DNA of 45,854 nucleotides from Faecousia sp. (GTDB lineage: Bacteria; Bacillota; Clostridia; Oscillospirales; Oscillospiraceae), in NCBI GenBank assembly GCA_045578025.1, contig JAZNJN010000022.1, forward strand, positions 1-45,854. The letters run 5' to 3'. The notes beneath the pieces are model-generated. The model ran no database searches. It saw only the letters and a list, made by a program, of their open reading frames with translations, and had not been told where the DNA came from. Positions 18,223 to 30,715 of the stretch are shown here, in pieces; within the stretch, counting starts at the first letter, position 1, and every line of letters starts with the position of its first letter. Position numbers and translations under genes: made by a program.

Positions 18223-21200
18223 GTTTTGTACATCTTCATGTTCATACCGAATACAGTCTTCTGGACGGAGCATGCCGCATTTCCGGCATGATGGACCGGG
18301 TCAAAGAACTGGGTCAAACCGCCATCGCCATAACAGACCATGGCGTTATGTACGGCTGTATCGACTTTTATAAGGCCGCTAAGGCCGCAGGTATTAAGCC
18401 GATCATCGGCTGCGAGGTCTATGTCGCCCGCAGGGGCATGCAGGATCGGGTCTACGGCGTGGACAATAAGCCTTACCATCTTGTACTGCTTTGCAAGGAT
18501 CGGCAGGGATACGAAAATCTTTGCTTGCTGGTGTCCGAGGCCCACATCAACGGTTTCTATGGTAAGCCCCGTGTGGATCTTGAACTTTTAGAAAAGCACC
18601 ACGAGGGTCTGATTGCACTGTCTGCCTGTCTTGCCGGTGCTGTGCCCCAGCATATTCTGGAGAACGACTATGAAGGCGCCAAGGCGTATGCTTTGATGCT
18701 TGCATCCATCTTTGGCGAGGGAAACTTCTATCTGGAGCTGCAGGATCACGGTATCGAGGAGCAGCGCGCTTCCAATCAAGGCGTGATGCGTATTGCCCGG
18801 GAAACCGGTCTTCCTCTGGTCGTTACCAATGACGCCCATTACCTCCGTGCAGAGGATGCAAATATGCAGGATGTAATGGTGTGCGTCCAGACAGGTACCA
18901 CACTGGACGATCCCAACCGGAAACTGGAATTTTCCACCGATGAGTTTTACTTAAAGAGTGAAGCTGAACTTCGTGGATTATTCCCGAATTGTGACGAAGC
19001 CTTTGAAAATACTGCGAGAATTGCGGAAATGTGCAATTTGGATTTTGTCTTCAACCAGTATCATCTTCCGTCTTTTCCCGTTCCCGAAGGCTATACCAAC
19101 GAGGAGTATTTCCGCAAGCTCTGCTATGAGGGATTTGAAGAGCGGTATGATAACCCGACCCAGGAGTATATCGACCGACTGGAGTATGAAATCGGTGTCA
19201 TCAGCCGCATGGGATATGTGAATTACTATCTTATCGTTTGGGATTTTATCCGTTATGCAAAGGAGCATGGGATTCCGGTGGGTCCCGGCCGTGGCTCCGG
19301 TGCAGCATCCATCGTTGCCTACTGCATGCACATCACCGAAGTAGACCCCATGAAATACTCGCTGATCTTCGAGCGGTTCTTGAATCCCGAGCGTGTCAGC
19401 ATGCCGGACTTTGATACGGACTTCTGCCAGGAACGCCGGGGAGAAGTGATCGATTATGTCATGGAAAAGTACGGCAAGGATCATGTGGCGCAAATCGCTA
19501 CCTTTGGCACCATGGCGGCCCGTGGCGCGATCCGGGACGTGGGCAGAGCCATGAACTTCAGCTATGCAGAGACCGATGTTGTTGCAAAGCTTGTGCCCAC
19601 CATGCCGTTGCATATTACCCTTAAGGAAGCGCTGAATGTCAGTCCGAAGCTTAAGGAAATGTACGATGGCGACGAGCGGGTCAAGAGCCTTATCGACACC
19701 GCCATGAGTCTGGAAGGCATGCCCAGAAACACATCCACCCATGCCGCCGGCGTGGTCATTACCGCTGACCCGGTGTACAGCTATGTACCCCTTTCCCGAA
19801 ATGATGATACCATCGTCACCCAGTACACCATGACCACCATCGAGGAGCTGGGACTTCTGAAGATGGACTTCCTTGGTCTGAGAAACCTTACTGTCATCAA
19901 GGATGCGGAAAACCAGATCCGGCAGTTTAACCCCGATTTCTCCATGGATCGCATTCCGGATGACGATCCTGCCACCTTTGCCATGGTGGCAGAAGGCAAG
20001 ACTCAGGGTGTATTTCAGCTGGAATCTGCCGGTATGACCGGTGTCTGTGTCGGCATAAAATCCTCCTCTATTGAGGACTTCACCGCAGTTGTGGCGCTGT
20101 ACCGTCCCGGTCCTATGGACTCCATCCCCAAATTTATCTCCAATAAGCTGAATCCTGCACAAGTGACTTATAAGACACCGTTACTGGAGCCGATTTTGAA
20201 GGTTACTTACGGCTGTATCGTGTATCAGGAGCAGGTTATTGAGATTTTCCGTTCCCTTGCAGGCTATTCCATGGGACAGGCAGATAACATCCGCCGTGCC
20301 ATTTCCAAGAAGAAGCAAAAGATCATCGATGCCGAGCGAAAGACCTTTGTCTACGGCGATAATGAACAGGGGATTCCCGGCTGTATTGCCCGTGGCGTTC
20401 CCGAGGCGGTTGCTCAGTCGATTTACGATGAGATCGTTGACTTCGCCAACTACGCCTTTAACAAGGCCCACGCTGTCTGCTACGCCGTTGTGGCATACCA
20501 GACCGCATACCTAAAGTGCCATTATCCCAAGCAGTACATGGCAGCACTGATGACCTCCGTGCTGGATTCTGCAACCAAAGTCTCCGGCTATATCGCAGAG
20601 TGTAAGGATATGCAGATCCCGGTCTTACCGCCGGATATCAACCATTCTGACGATCACTTCACTGTGGAGGGCGATGCCATTCGATTTGGACTTGGCGCAG
20701 TGAAAAATGTAGGCAGGGGCTTGATCCGGAGCATGGTGGCAAAACGCCAGCAGGACGGCCCGTTCAAATCTCTGGAAGACTTCTTGCAGAGAATGGGGGA
20801 TGAGCTGAACAAGCGGGCTGTTGAGAATTTCATCAAGTGCGGCGCAATGGATTGCTTTGGCTACCACCGCAGTGAACTGCTGAATGTTTATGACAGCATG
20901 ATGGACAGTGTAGCAACCTCCAGAAAGAAGAATCTCGAGGGCCAGATGGGTCTGTTCGGTATGCTTAGCGAGGACGATTCTGCCGCCCGGATCGAGATCC
21001 CCCGACTGGCAGAGCTGAGAAAAGCAGATCTGATGGCAATGGAGAAGGAGACTACCGGCATTTACCTGTCCGGTCACCCCATGGATGACTACAGACCCTA
21101 TCTAAAGGGTACCCATGTGATCCCCATTGGCGAGCTAATGGCGGAAGAATCCAACCATCAGGACGATTCTATCGTCAGTGTGGCAGGCATCGTGCAAAGC

Positions 21201-21668
21201 ATTAAGATGAAAACCACCCGGAACAACTCCATGATGGCCTATGTTACGGTGGAGGACGATACTGCGTCCATCGAGATGCTTGCTTTCTCTAATGTGCTGG
21301 ATCAGTACGGCGGTTATCTCAAAGAAAACAGTCCTGTGGTCGTAACCGGGCGGCTCTCCATTCGTGATGAAAAAGAGCCCCAGATCGTGATCAACCGCGC
21401 CCGTCCCATTACGGATTTTTCGGAAGCGCCCGCGCCTATTCGGCAAGAACCGAAGAATTTTGGCACACTGTACCTTCAGTTAACAGGGGAGGATGATCCC
21501 CGCTACCGCAAGGTGAAAGCCATCATTAATATGTTCCCCGGAGAGGGTACAGTAAAAGTGTTTTTTGCCGACACCCGGAAAATGCGGGGCGCAAAAGCTT
21601 CCTTTGACAGCCGCATGTTGGATGAGCTGGAAAATCTGCTTGGCAAGGCAAATGTGGTGCTGAAATAG
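18219..21668 (+). CDS. dnaE: DNA polymerase III alpha subunit
   Basis: PHP domain HLHVHTEYSLLDG; GPGRGS; RVSMPDFDTDF; KMDFLGL; FNKAH; OB fold. No intein seen. Confidence 0.97.
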   Translation: MSFVHLHVHTEYSLLDGACRISGMMDRVKELGQTAIAITDHGVMYGCIDFYKAAKAAGIKPIIGCEVYVARRGMQDRVYGVDNKPYHLVLLCKDRQGYENLCLLVSEAHINGFYGKPRVDLELLEKHHEGLIALSACLAGAVPQHILENDYEGAKAYALMLASIFGEGNFYLELQDHGIEEQRASNQGVMRIARETGLPLVVTNDAHYLRAEDANMQDVMVCVQTGTTLDDPNRKLEFSTDEFYLKSEAELRGLFPNCDEAFENTARIAEMCNLDFVFNQYHLPSFPVPEGYTNEEYFRKLCYEGFEERYDNPTQEYIDRLEYEIGVISRMGYVNYYLIVWDFIRYAKEHGIPVGPGRGSGAASIVAYCMHITEVDPMKYSLIFERFLNPERVSMPDFDTDFCQERRGEVIDYVMEKYGKDHVAQIATFGTMAARGAIRDVGRAMNFSYAETDVVAKLVPTMPLHITLKEALNVSPKLKEMYDGDERVKSLIDTAMSLEGMPRNTSTHAAGVVITADPVYSYVPLSRNDDTIVTQYTMTTIEELGLLKMDFLGLRNLTVIKDAENQIRQFNPDFSMDRIPDDDPATFAMVAEGKTQGVFQLESAGMTGVCVGIKSSSIEDFTAVVALYRPGPMDSIPKFISNKLNPAQVTYKTPLLEPILKVTYGCIVYQEQVIEIFRSLAGYSMGQADNIRRAISKKKQKIIDAERKTFVYGDNEQGIPGCIARGVPEAVAQSIYDEIVDFANYAFNKAHAVCYAVVAYQTAYLKCHYPKQYMAALMTSVLDSATKVSGYIAECKDMQIPVLPPDINHSDDHFTVEGDAIRFGLGAVKNVGRGLIRSMVAKRQQDGPFKSLEDFLQRMGDELNKRAVENFIKCGAMDCFGYHRSELLNVYDSMMDSVATSRKKNLEGQMGLFGMLSEDDSAARIEIPRLAELRKADLMAMEKETTGIYLSGHPMDDYRPYLKGTHVIPIGELMAEESNHQDDSIVSVAGIVQSIKMKTTRNNSMMAYVTVEDDTASIEMLAFSNVLDQYGGYLKENSPVVVTGRLSIRDEKEPQIVINRARPITDFSEAPAPIRQEPKNFGTLYLQLTGEDDPRYRKVKAIINMFPGEGTVKVFFADTRKMRGAKASFDSRMLDELENLLGKANVVLK

Positions 21669-21724
21669 CTTTTCATTTTAGAATGTTTGTGCTATAATAT
21701 TGCTTTGGAAAGGGGTGATCTGCC

Positions 21725-23050
21725 ATGGCTAAAAAATGGCTGCTGAAAATATTGCTTGTCCTGGCAGTGATCCTGCTCACAGGCTGCAATATGCGCACCA
21801 TAGAAGATTTGTATCACTTGCCCGAGCGGTCGGAAGAATACAAAAATCTCCAGACTCTGATCAACCAGATCATGGTGGGCAAGGAGTATCTTGCACCGGT
21901 TTCCGGCGAGAATCGCCAGACAGTACAGATTGTCGACTTAGACGGCGACGGAAGCGACGAATATTTGCTGTTTACCAGAAGCAACGCAGAGAAACCTCTA
22001 CAGATCCACATTTTCACTCAGAACGAAGAGGAAGGCTATATCCATCTGGATACCATTGAAAGTCCGGGTACTGCCTTTGAACAGGTAGAATATGTAAAAA
22101 TGGATGATCGCGGTGGCTATGAGATCGTTGTGGGCAGACAATTAAGTGATCAGGTTCTTCGTTCCGTATCTGTTTATTCCATGATCGACGGACAGATCGT
22201 GCAACTTATGACCGCCAATCACTCGAAGTTCGTCTGTTATGATCTGGACAGCGACGGATTCAGCGAATTGCTCGTCCTGCGACCCGGTGAGTCGGATTCC
22301 GACAACGGTCTTGCAGAGCTGTATGGCATTGAAAACGGCACGATGGAGCGATCTGCCGAAGTCAATATGTCTGAGCCTTCCGATGCCATCAAACGCATCA
22401 TGGTAGGTAAGCTCAATGACGGAGTCAGCGCGATTTATGTGGCAAGTGATGTGGATGGTAGCGCCATCATTACGGATGTCTACGCCATCGTCGACGGTTC
22501 GTTGACCAATGTATCTTTTTCCAATGAGTCTGGTACCAGTGTCCAGACCCTGCGAAACTATTATGTGTATGCTGACGATATCGATGATGACGGCGTTCTG
22601 GAACTACCCGATCTGATCACTATGAAGATCCCTGCTGATGCGAAGGTCAGCGACAACCAATATCTCATTCGCTGGTACGCCATGACCTCCGCCGGCGCGG
22701 AGGTGGACAAGCTTTACAGCTATCACAATTATGTGGGCGGATGGTATATGCAGCTGCAAAGCGCCCTTGCCCAGCGTATGACAGTAGTTCAGCAGGGCAA
22801 CGGCTACGAGTTCAGCATCTGGGATGAAGAATTTACAAGCGCAACAAAGCTTTTTACAGTTTATGTTCTGACGGGACAGAAACGGGAAGAGCAGGCATTG
22901 ATCGATAATCGATTTGTCCTGTACAGGACAGAGTCCACGGTATACTCCGCAAATCTTGAGGTCGCATCTGCGGCCTACGGCATAACAAAAGACAGCCTGA
23001 TCAGCAGCTTCCACCTGATCATTCAGGACTGGAACACAGGCGAGACATAA
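21725..23050 (+). CDS. Lipoprotein with FG-GAP/VCBS-like DxDxDG repeats, upstream of a two-component system
   Basis: LLTGC lipobox; DLDGDGSDE, DLDSDGFSE and DIDDDGVLE repeats; TGnTATAAT promoter upstream. Confidence 0.75.
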   Translation: MAKKWLLKILLVLAVILLTGCNMRTIEDLYHLPERSEEYKNLQTLINQIMVGKEYLAPVSGENRQTVQIVDLDGDGSDEYLLFTRSNAEKPLQIHIFTQNEEEGYIHLDTIESPGTAFEQVEYVKMDDRGGYEIVVGRQLSDQVLRSVSVYSMIDGQIVQLMTANHSKFVCYDLDSDGFSELLVLRPGESDSDNGLAELYGIENGTMERSAEVNMSEPSDAIKRIMVGKLNDGVSAIYVASDVDGSAIITDVYAIVDGSLTNVSFSNESGTSVQTLRNYYVYADDIDDDGVLELPDLITMKIPADAKVSDNQYLIRWYAMTSAGAEVDKLYSYHNYVGGWYMQLQSALAQRMTVVQQGNGYEFSIWDEEFTSATKLFTVYVLTGQKREEQALIDNRFVLYRTESTVYSANLEVASAAYGITKDSLISSFHLIIQDWNTGET

Positions 23051-23062
23051 AGAGGTAGTATT

Positions 23063-23749
23063 ATGAAAAAGGTACTGATCCTGGAAGATGAAGTAAATAT
23101 CCGCAGCTTTGTAGTCATCAATCTGAAACGGGCAGGCTACGATGTGATCGAAGCCGGCACCGGCGAGGAAGCGCTGAACAAGCTGCAGAAACATCCGGAT
23201 GTGGGTGTTGCCATTCTGGATATCATGCTGCCGGATATCGACGGATTTGAAGTATGCCGCCGCATCCGTGCAACAAACAAGCAGATGGGCGTGATCATGC
23301 TCACCGCCCGCACTCAGGAAATGGATAAGATCACCGGCCTAATGACCGGCGCAGACGATTATGTAACAAAGCCCTTTTCTCCCGCGGAGCTGACGGCACG
23401 GATCGATGCCCTGTTCCGCAGACTGGGTGGGGATTCCCAAGTCAGCAGTGAATTGCTGAATCAGGGTCCCTTTGTGATGAACACCCGAAATCATACTCTT
23501 GAGAAGAACGGCAACCGTATCCGTCTGACTCAGGTGGAATACGCCATATTGAAGCTGTTTATGCAAAATCCCGGCAGAGCCCTTTCCCGTGAAGATATTT
23601 TGTCCAGCGTTTGGGGTAAAGACTCCGACGCGGACCTGAAGATCGTGGATGTCAACATCCGCCGTCTGCGCATCAAAATCGAGGACGATGCCACCGCACC
23701 CACCTACATTACCACCGTTTGGGGTTTTGGTTACAAGTGGGGTAACTAA
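23063..23749 (+). CDS. OmpR-family response regulator
   Basis: ILEDE, LDIMLP (phospho-Asp), MLTA, KPF; winged-helix VDVNIRRLRIKIE...TVWGFGY. Confidence 0.95.
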   Translation: MKKVLILEDEVNIRSFVVINLKRAGYDVIEAGTGEEALNKLQKHPDVGVAILDIMLPDIDGFEVCRRIRATNKQMGVIMLTARTQEMDKITGLMTGADDYVTKPFSPAELTARIDALFRRLGGDSQVSSELLNQGPFVMNTRNHTLEKNGNRIRLTQVEYAILKLFMQNPGRALSREDILSSVWGKDSDADLKIVDVNIRRLRIKIEDDATAPTYITTVWGFGYKWGN

Positions 23750-23773
23750 GTAAGAAAGGGGAGAGAATTGCCC

Positions 23774-25180
23774 ATGAAAAAGATCGGCGGTCTGCGCAAG
23801 CGTTGGTTACTGAATACTGCCGGCATGGTCTTTGCTCTGGGCATGGTCTGCGTGATCGTGGTTACGCTGGTTTTCTCCGCTTACTACTATTCCGGCATGG
23901 AATCCGACCTTTACTACCGCGCACAGACCACAACGGATTTTTTTGCCGATTACATTAACCAGAATTATAAGGATTACTATCAGTCCTGTATCAACTACGC
24001 CAATAACTTTGAGCAGAAAAATACCATCGAGCTCCAGTTCATTGATGCCCGAGGAAAGCTTGTAGCATCCTCTTACGGCAACTGGGCCGGCGCGGCGCCT
24101 ACCACCAGTGACATCACAGATGCCATCAGCACCCGGCTGATCAGCCCCTACCATGGAAAGGATCCGCAAACAGGGGAGAGTATCATTGCGGTATCCAGCC
24201 CCATGATATACAGTAATGGCGAGATCATCGGCGTGCTGCGCTATGTAACCTCCACAAGGTTGATCGACCAGCAGATCATGATCATTTTCTTTGCCTCCTT
24301 GGGAGCGCTGCTGATAGTGATGCTTGCAGTCATGTTCAGCAGCAGCTACTATATCCGCTCCATTCTTGTTCCTGTTGATGACATCATCGAAAAAGCGAAG
24401 CGGATCGCCGGCGGCAGCTACGGCACCCAGATCCAGACCCATTACGATGACGAGATCGGAGAATTGGCCCAGACCATCAACGAAATGTCCGTTCAGATCA
24501 ACCAAAACGAGATCATTCAGCGGGATTTCATTTCTTCGCTGTCCCACGAGCTGCGCACGCCGCTGACTGCCATAACCGGTTGGTCGGAAACGCTGCTGGC
24601 TTATGAGAATCTGGACAAGGAAACCCGCAGAGGCATGAAGATCATCCTTCGGGAAGCCAAACGGCTTACCGAAATGGTTGTGGAGCTGCTGGACTTTAAC
24701 CGGATCCAGGATGGCAGAATGACCTTGAACATCCAGACCGCCGACATCCGGGCAGAGTTTGAAGATACCGTTTATATGTATTCCAGCCGCCTTTCTCAGG
24801 ACGAGATCCAGCTGGAGTATTTGGAAAACGATGAAGATATTCCGGAGATCCCCTGCGATCCGGAGCGGTTGCGGCAGGTTTTCCTGAACATTCTGGACAA
24901 TGCCGCCAAGCACGGCGGTGATGGAAAACGCATCGAATCTTCCATTTCCTTCGAAAAAGGGGAAGTGGTCGTCCGAATCCGCGACTTTGGCCCCGGTATT
25001 CCGGAAGATGAGATCCCTCTGGTCAAAAAGAAATTCTACAAAGGCAGCTCCAAAGCCCGGGGCACGGGAATCGGACTTGCCGTATGTGATGAGATCGTTG
25101 CGATGCACAATGGCACATTGACTCTCCAGAATGCCGAAGGCGGCGGTACATTGGTCACCGTTCGTCTGCCGGCATCCTAA
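23774..25180 (+). CDS. HAMP-domain sensor histidine kinase
   Basis: Two TM helices, HAMP (DEIGELA), H-box SHELRTPLT, N-box NILDNAAK, DFGPG, GTGIGL. The start could be TTG 23768. Confidence 0.94.
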   Translation: MKKIGGLRKRWLLNTAGMVFALGMVCVIVVTLVFSAYYYSGMESDLYYRAQTTTDFFADYINQNYKDYYQSCINYANNFEQKNTIELQFIDARGKLVASSYGNWAGAAPTTSDITDAISTRLISPYHGKDPQTGESIIAVSSPMIYSNGEIIGVLRYVTSTRLIDQQIMIIFFASLGALLIVMLAVMFSSSYYIRSILVPVDDIIEKAKRIAGGSYGTQIQTHYDDEIGELAQTINEMSVQINQNEIIQRDFISSLSHELRTPLTAITGWSETLLAYENLDKETRRGMKIILREAKRLTEMVVELLDFNRIQDGRMTLNIQTADIRAEFEDTVYMYSSRLSQDEIQLEYLENDEDIPEIPCDPERLRQVFLNILDNAAKHGGDGKRIESSISFEKGEVVVRIRDFGPGIPEDEIPLVKKKFYKGSSKARGTGIGLAVCDEIVAMHNGTLTLQNAEGGGTLVTVRLPAS

Positions 25181-25197
25181 ACAGAAAGGAATCCCAC

Positions 25198-26202
25198 ATG
25201 GAAAACAAGCAACCGCAGCCTTGCTGCGAAAAGTTTAAAACCTCCATTGGCGGACAAGCGCTGATTGAAGGCATCATGATGCGCGGTCCGGAGAAGGATG
25301 CTACCGCAGTGCGTACTGCTGATGGTATTAAGCTGGATCTCAAGGATCGGAAAATCCGCAAAATAGGCTCTTTTGCCACTTGGCCTCTGATCCGAGGCGC
25401 AGTCAATTTCTTTGATTCTCAAGTGGTTGGTGTCAAGGCGTTGATGCACTCTGCAGACCTTTCTCCCGAGGAAGGGTCAGAGGAAGCCACCTCTAAATTT
25501 GATATTTGGCTGGAAAAAAAGCTGGGAAGCGAAAGCTTCCAAAAGATCGTCATCGGTACAGCTGTTTTTATGGGTTTGGGACTTTCCATTCTCTTGTTCT
25601 TCCTGCTACCAATGGTAGTCAGCAGCTTTTTTGACCGGTGGATCAACAGTAACCTTGCACTCAATCTTATCGAAGGTGTCATTCGTATGGCCATCTTCCT
25701 TGTCTATATGCTGCTGGTATCCCGGATGAAGGATATGAAACGGGTATTTGCCTACCACGGTGCAGAGCATAAGACCATCCGGTGTTATGAGTCAGGATTG
25801 GAACTGACGGTGGAGAATGTCCGCCAGCAGTCCCGGCTGCACCCCCGCTGCGGCACCAGCTTCCTGCTGGTGGTGATGATCATTTCCATCTTGGTCTTCA
25901 GTATTGCGTCCTCCGTGCTGCTGACGGTCATTCCGGCACTGGAAGCCATGAAAGGCGGTTTCCTGTACCGGCTGATCATGATCCTCTTTAAGCTGCTTCT
26001 GCTGCCTCTGGTGGTGTCCGTCACCTATGAGATCAACCGCTGGGCAGGCAGGCATGACAACGCCTTTACCAAGGTTCTTACCGCACCGGGTCTGTGGCTG
26101 CAGAATTTCACCACAAACGAGCCGGACGACAGTATGATAGAAGTTGGTATTGCGGCATTGCAAGCGGTGATCCCGGAAAATGAGGAGGCAGACCGTTGGT
26201 AA
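25198..26202 (+). CDS. DUF1385 family membrane protein
   Basis: IGGQALIEGIMM, FAYHGAEHK, HPRCGTSF, TTNEPDD; typical position upstream of prmC. Confidence 0.88.
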   Translation: MENKQPQPCCEKFKTSIGGQALIEGIMMRGPEKDATAVRTADGIKLDLKDRKIRKIGSFATWPLIRGAVNFFDSQVVGVKALMHSADLSPEEGSEEATSKFDIWLEKKLGSESFQKIVIGTAVFMGLGLSILLFFLLPMVVSSFFDRWINSNLALNLIEGVIRMAIFLVYMLLVSRMKDMKRVFAYHGAEHKTIRCYESGLELTVENVRQQSRLHPRCGTSFLLVVMIISILVFSIASSVLLTVIPALEAMKGGFLYRLIMILFKLLLLPLVVSVTYEINRWAGRHDNAFTKVLTAPGLWLQNFTTNEPDDSMIEVGIAALQAVIPENEEADRW

Positions 26203-27073
26203 AGACTTATTCCCAGCTTTATCTGGACGCCCGTCAGATGCTTCTGGCAACAGAAGATGTCCAGTCCGCATCTCACATCGCACGGCAACTGCTGTGCCAC
26301 ATTTCCGGCAAATCCCAAGAGCAGATTTTATCCAATCGTGAGACCTACGCATCGGAAGAAATCGGAGCGGCGCTGGATTTTGCCGTAAACAGGATCCTGA
26401 AAGGGGAGCCGTTGGCTTACGTTTTGGGGGAATGGGAGTTTTACGGACTTCCGCTCTATGTAACAAAGGATGTTCTGATCCCCAGAGACGATACCTGCGC
26501 GGTAACCGCACTGGCAATCAACCATGCGCTGTTTCTGCAGGAATCTCCGCGGATTTTAGACCTCTGCACCGGCAGCGGATGCATCGGATTGGCCATCGCC
26601 AGCCGGGTCAAGGATGCCCGGGTCACTTTGGCGGACATCTCAAAGGAAGCCCTAGCTGTGGCAAAGCAGAACACCGCAAGAAATCACTTGACAGGTCGTG
26701 TCTCCTGTGTTTCTGCGGACGCGCTGAAAAAACCCGCTGCGTTCCTCGGAAAATTCGACATGATCGTTTCCAATCCGCCATACATCACCACCAATGAGAT
26801 GGCTGAACTTCCCGGAAGTGTCAGTGATTATGAACCGCATCTGGCGCTCCACGGCGGCAGTGACGGATTGGATTTTTACCGTGCCATCATCGAGTACTAC
26901 ACCGGTGCGCTGAAGCCAGGCGGGTATCTCTGCTTTGAATTTGGCATGGGGCAGGGGGATGCTGTATGTCAGCTTCTCCAAATGAAAGGGTATACCATTC
27001 TGGAGCGTTCCAGAGATTATAATGACAGAGAAAGGGCAGTCATCGCCCAATACGGCAGGAAGGAAAATGAATA

Positions 27074-27074
<1 letters not shown>
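26196..27074 (+). CDS. prmC: Release factor glutamine methyltransferase
   Basis: [42 protein letters not shown]. Confidence 0.93.
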
Positions 27075-28169
<1,095 letters not shown>

Positions 28170-28180
<11 letters not shown>

Positions 28181-28796
28181 TAAACTTTCTTCATCACCGG
28201 ACAGGGTTGGTCGCCTCCGTGCAGAATTTGAAGACGGCAGCATTCTCCGGCTCTACCGCCAGACTGTGGAAGATTTCGGTCTTTATGCCGGCATGGAGCT
28301 GACCGAGGACGACCTTTCCCGGCTGCAGGGCGCAGCAGGGGAGATGTCCGCAAAGATGCGGGCAGTACGCATCGTTTCTGCTTCCAGCGTGTCCAAGGGT
28401 GATCTGAAGCGCCGTCTGATCCAAAAAGGCGAAGACCCGGAGCAGGCAAAGGCTGCTGTGGAGTGGATGGCTGACCTGTCACTGGTAGACGATCGAAAGA
28501 CCGCGGAACAGGTGGTCTACCGCTGCATCAGCAAAGGCTACGGTCTCAGCCGGGCAAAACAGGCGCTGTATGAAAAGCAGATCCCAAAGGAACTATGGGA
28601 TGAGGCACTTGAGGACTATCCAGATCAGCTGGATAAGATTCTGGAGTTTCTCCAGAGTCGGTTGACTGCAGACTCAGACGAAAAAGAACTACACAAGGTC
28701 ATCGATGCGTTGATGCGTCGGGGTCACAGCTACCGCCACATTCGCAAGGCGCTGGGCCAGCTTTCTTTTGACTTAGAATTTCTCCCGGAGGGATAA
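28170..28796 (+). CDS. recX: Regulatory protein RecX
   Basis: Directly follows recA, with the ATG overlapping its end; [19 protein letters not shown]...[16 protein letters not shown]. Confidence 0.85.
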
Positions 28797-28801
28797 ACAT
28801 T

Positions 28802-30130
28802 ATGGCAAATATTGGCTTTATCAGTCTTGGCTGCGCCAAGAATCAGGTGGACTGCGAACGGATGATGTACCGTGTCCGGGAAACCGGTCACACAGTGTGT
28901 CCCGGTGTCGCGGGCTGCGATGTGGTGGTCATCAACACCTGCGGCTTCATTGATTCGGCGAAATCCGAGGCCATTGACTATATCCTGCAGACAGCAGCAT
29001 TAAAGGCTGAGGGACAGGTAGGTAAAATTCTGGTCACCGGCTGTCTTTCTCAGCGGTATCAGTCTGAAATACTGGAGCAGCTTCCGGAAGTGGACGGCAT
29101 TCTCGGCACCGGCAGCTATACAGAAATCGTTCCTGCCATCGAATTGCTGTTGGCTGAAAAATCTGTCTCCAGCTTTGGCTCTATTGATGCACCGGAAGAG
29201 GAAACCGGCCGCATTCTGACCACCCCGGAGCACTATGCTTACATCAAGATCGCAGAAGGCTGCGACAATCGCTGCTCTTACTGTATCATTCCGTATCTGC
29301 GGGGTAAATACCGCAGCCGTCAGATGGACGACGTGCTTTATGAAGCTCGGCTTTTGGCGGATTCCGGTATCAAGGAACTGATCGTGGTTGCACAGGACAC
29401 CACCCGCTACGGCACAGACCTGCCCGGAAACAAGAGACTGCTGCCGGAGCTTCTGCGGCAGCTGTGTCAGATCGACGGCTTCCATTGGATCCGTATCCAT
29501 TATGTGTATCCCGATGAGATCGATGACGAATTGATTGATGTCATTGCACAAGAGCCGAAGATCGTAAAATATTTGGACATCCCTATTCAGCATTGCAACA
29601 GCAAGATCCTGAAGCTGATGAACCGCAGAGGCGACAGAGCGTTTCTTGAGGATCTCTTCGCAAAGCTTCGTGCCCGGATTCCCGGTGTGATCCTGCGCAC
29701 CAGCGTGATCACCGGCTTACCCGACGAAGGGGAAGAGGAATTTACAGAGCTTTGCGAATTCCTAAAAGAGCAGCGGCTTGAGCGGGTCGGCGCTTTTGCC
29801 TTTTCTCCGGAAGAGGGAACACCGGCTGCTGAAATGGATTTTCCCGATAATTCCGTTGCTCTGGAAAGAGCACAGATGGTGGAATCCATCCAATCCCGAA
29901 TCATGGACGATTATTCAGAAACCATGATGGGTCAGGTTCTGGAAGTGTTGGTTGACGGTTATGACCCGGAATTTTCCCAATACTATGGCCGTACTTATGC
30001 AGACTCGCCGGATATTGACGGCAGAGTTTGGATCGCATCGAAGGACGACCTGTCTGAGGGAACCTTTGTGAATGTGCAGATAGACGAGATCGTGGAAGGC
30101 GATCTTTCCGGCTATGTGGTGGAGGACTGA
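28802..30130 (+). CDS. rimO: Ribosomal protein S12 methylthiotransferase
   Basis: SLGCAKNQVD, NTCGFIDSAK, radical SAM motif CDNRCSYC, TRAM region with DSPDIDG. Confidence 0.95.
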   Translation: MANIGFISLGCAKNQVDCERMMYRVRETGHTVCPGVAGCDVVVINTCGFIDSAKSEAIDYILQTAALKAEGQVGKILVTGCLSQRYQSEILEQLPEVDGILGTGSYTEIVPAIELLLAEKSVSSFGSIDAPEEETGRILTTPEHYAYIKIAEGCDNRCSYCIIPYLRGKYRSRQMDDVLYEARLLADSGIKELIVVAQDTTRYGTDLPGNKRLLPELLRQLCQIDGFHWIRIHYVYPDEIDDELIDVIAQEPKIVKYLDIPIQHCNSKILKLMNRRGDRAFLEDLFAKLRARIPGVILRTSVITGLPDEGEEEFTELCEFLKEQRLERVGAFAFSPEEGTPAAEMDFPDNSVALERAQMVESIQSRIMDDYSETMMGQVLEVLVDGYDPEFSQYYGRTYADSPDIDGRVWIASKDDLSEGTFVNVQIDEIVEGDLSGYVVED

Positions 30131-30132
30131 AC

Positions 30133-30663
30133 ATGACAACTGCAAGTAAAATTACCTTGATCCGTATTGCCTTTATTCCGGTGTATATGCTGCTGATGTA
30201 TCTCAGCGGCGGCGCACCCGGTCTGTGGATGTGGCTGGCGTTGGCAGTATTTATTCTTGCCAGCATTACCGATTATATTGACGGTCAAATCGCCAGAAAG
30301 TACAACCAGGTCAGCGATTTTGGCAAATTTCTGGATCCGTTGGCAGATAAGCTTCTGGTGATCGCTGCCATGGCCATGTTCTGCGAGTGGGGCTCAATGC
30401 CTGCGTGGGCGCTGATGATCGTTCTGACCCGGGAATTCGCCGTTACCGGCTTGCGGCTGGTGGCTGTGGGTAAGGGAAAGGTCATTGCTGCCGGCTGGAG
30501 CGGTAAGGTAAAAACCGCTGCTACTATGATCGGTATGTGCGCATGGATGGCGTTTCCCACCTTTCCCATTCTGGGATGGGTCATTACCGCCGTTGTGGTG
30601 ATCACCACGGTGTATTCCGGTATTGAATACTTCATTCAGAACTGGAAATGTCTTTGGGACTAA
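30133..30663 (+). CDS. pgsA: CDP-diacylglycerol--glycerol-3-phosphate 3-phosphatidyltransferase
   Basis: TDYIDGQIARKYNQVSDFGKFLDPLADK CDP-alcohol phosphatidyltransferase motif. Confidence 0.95.
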   Translation: MTTASKITLIRIAFIPVYMLLMYLSGGAPGLWMWLALAVFILASITDYIDGQIARKYNQVSDFGKFLDPLADKLLVIAAMAMFCEWGSMPAWALMIVLTREFAVTGLRLVAVGKGKVIAAGWSGKVKTAATMIGMCAWMAFPTFPILGWVITAVVVITTVYSGIEYFIQNWKCLWD

Positions 30664-30669
30664 CAATAT

Positions 30670-30696
30670 AAGCCTTCGGCAAACGCCGAAGGCTTT
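30670..30696 (+). terminator. Hairpin or weak terminator after pgsA
   Basis: AAGCCTTCGGC-aaac-GCCGAAGGCTT with a short T tail. Confidence 0.6.
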
Positions 30697-30715
30697 CCTA
30701 TGAGCGAGGTTGCTT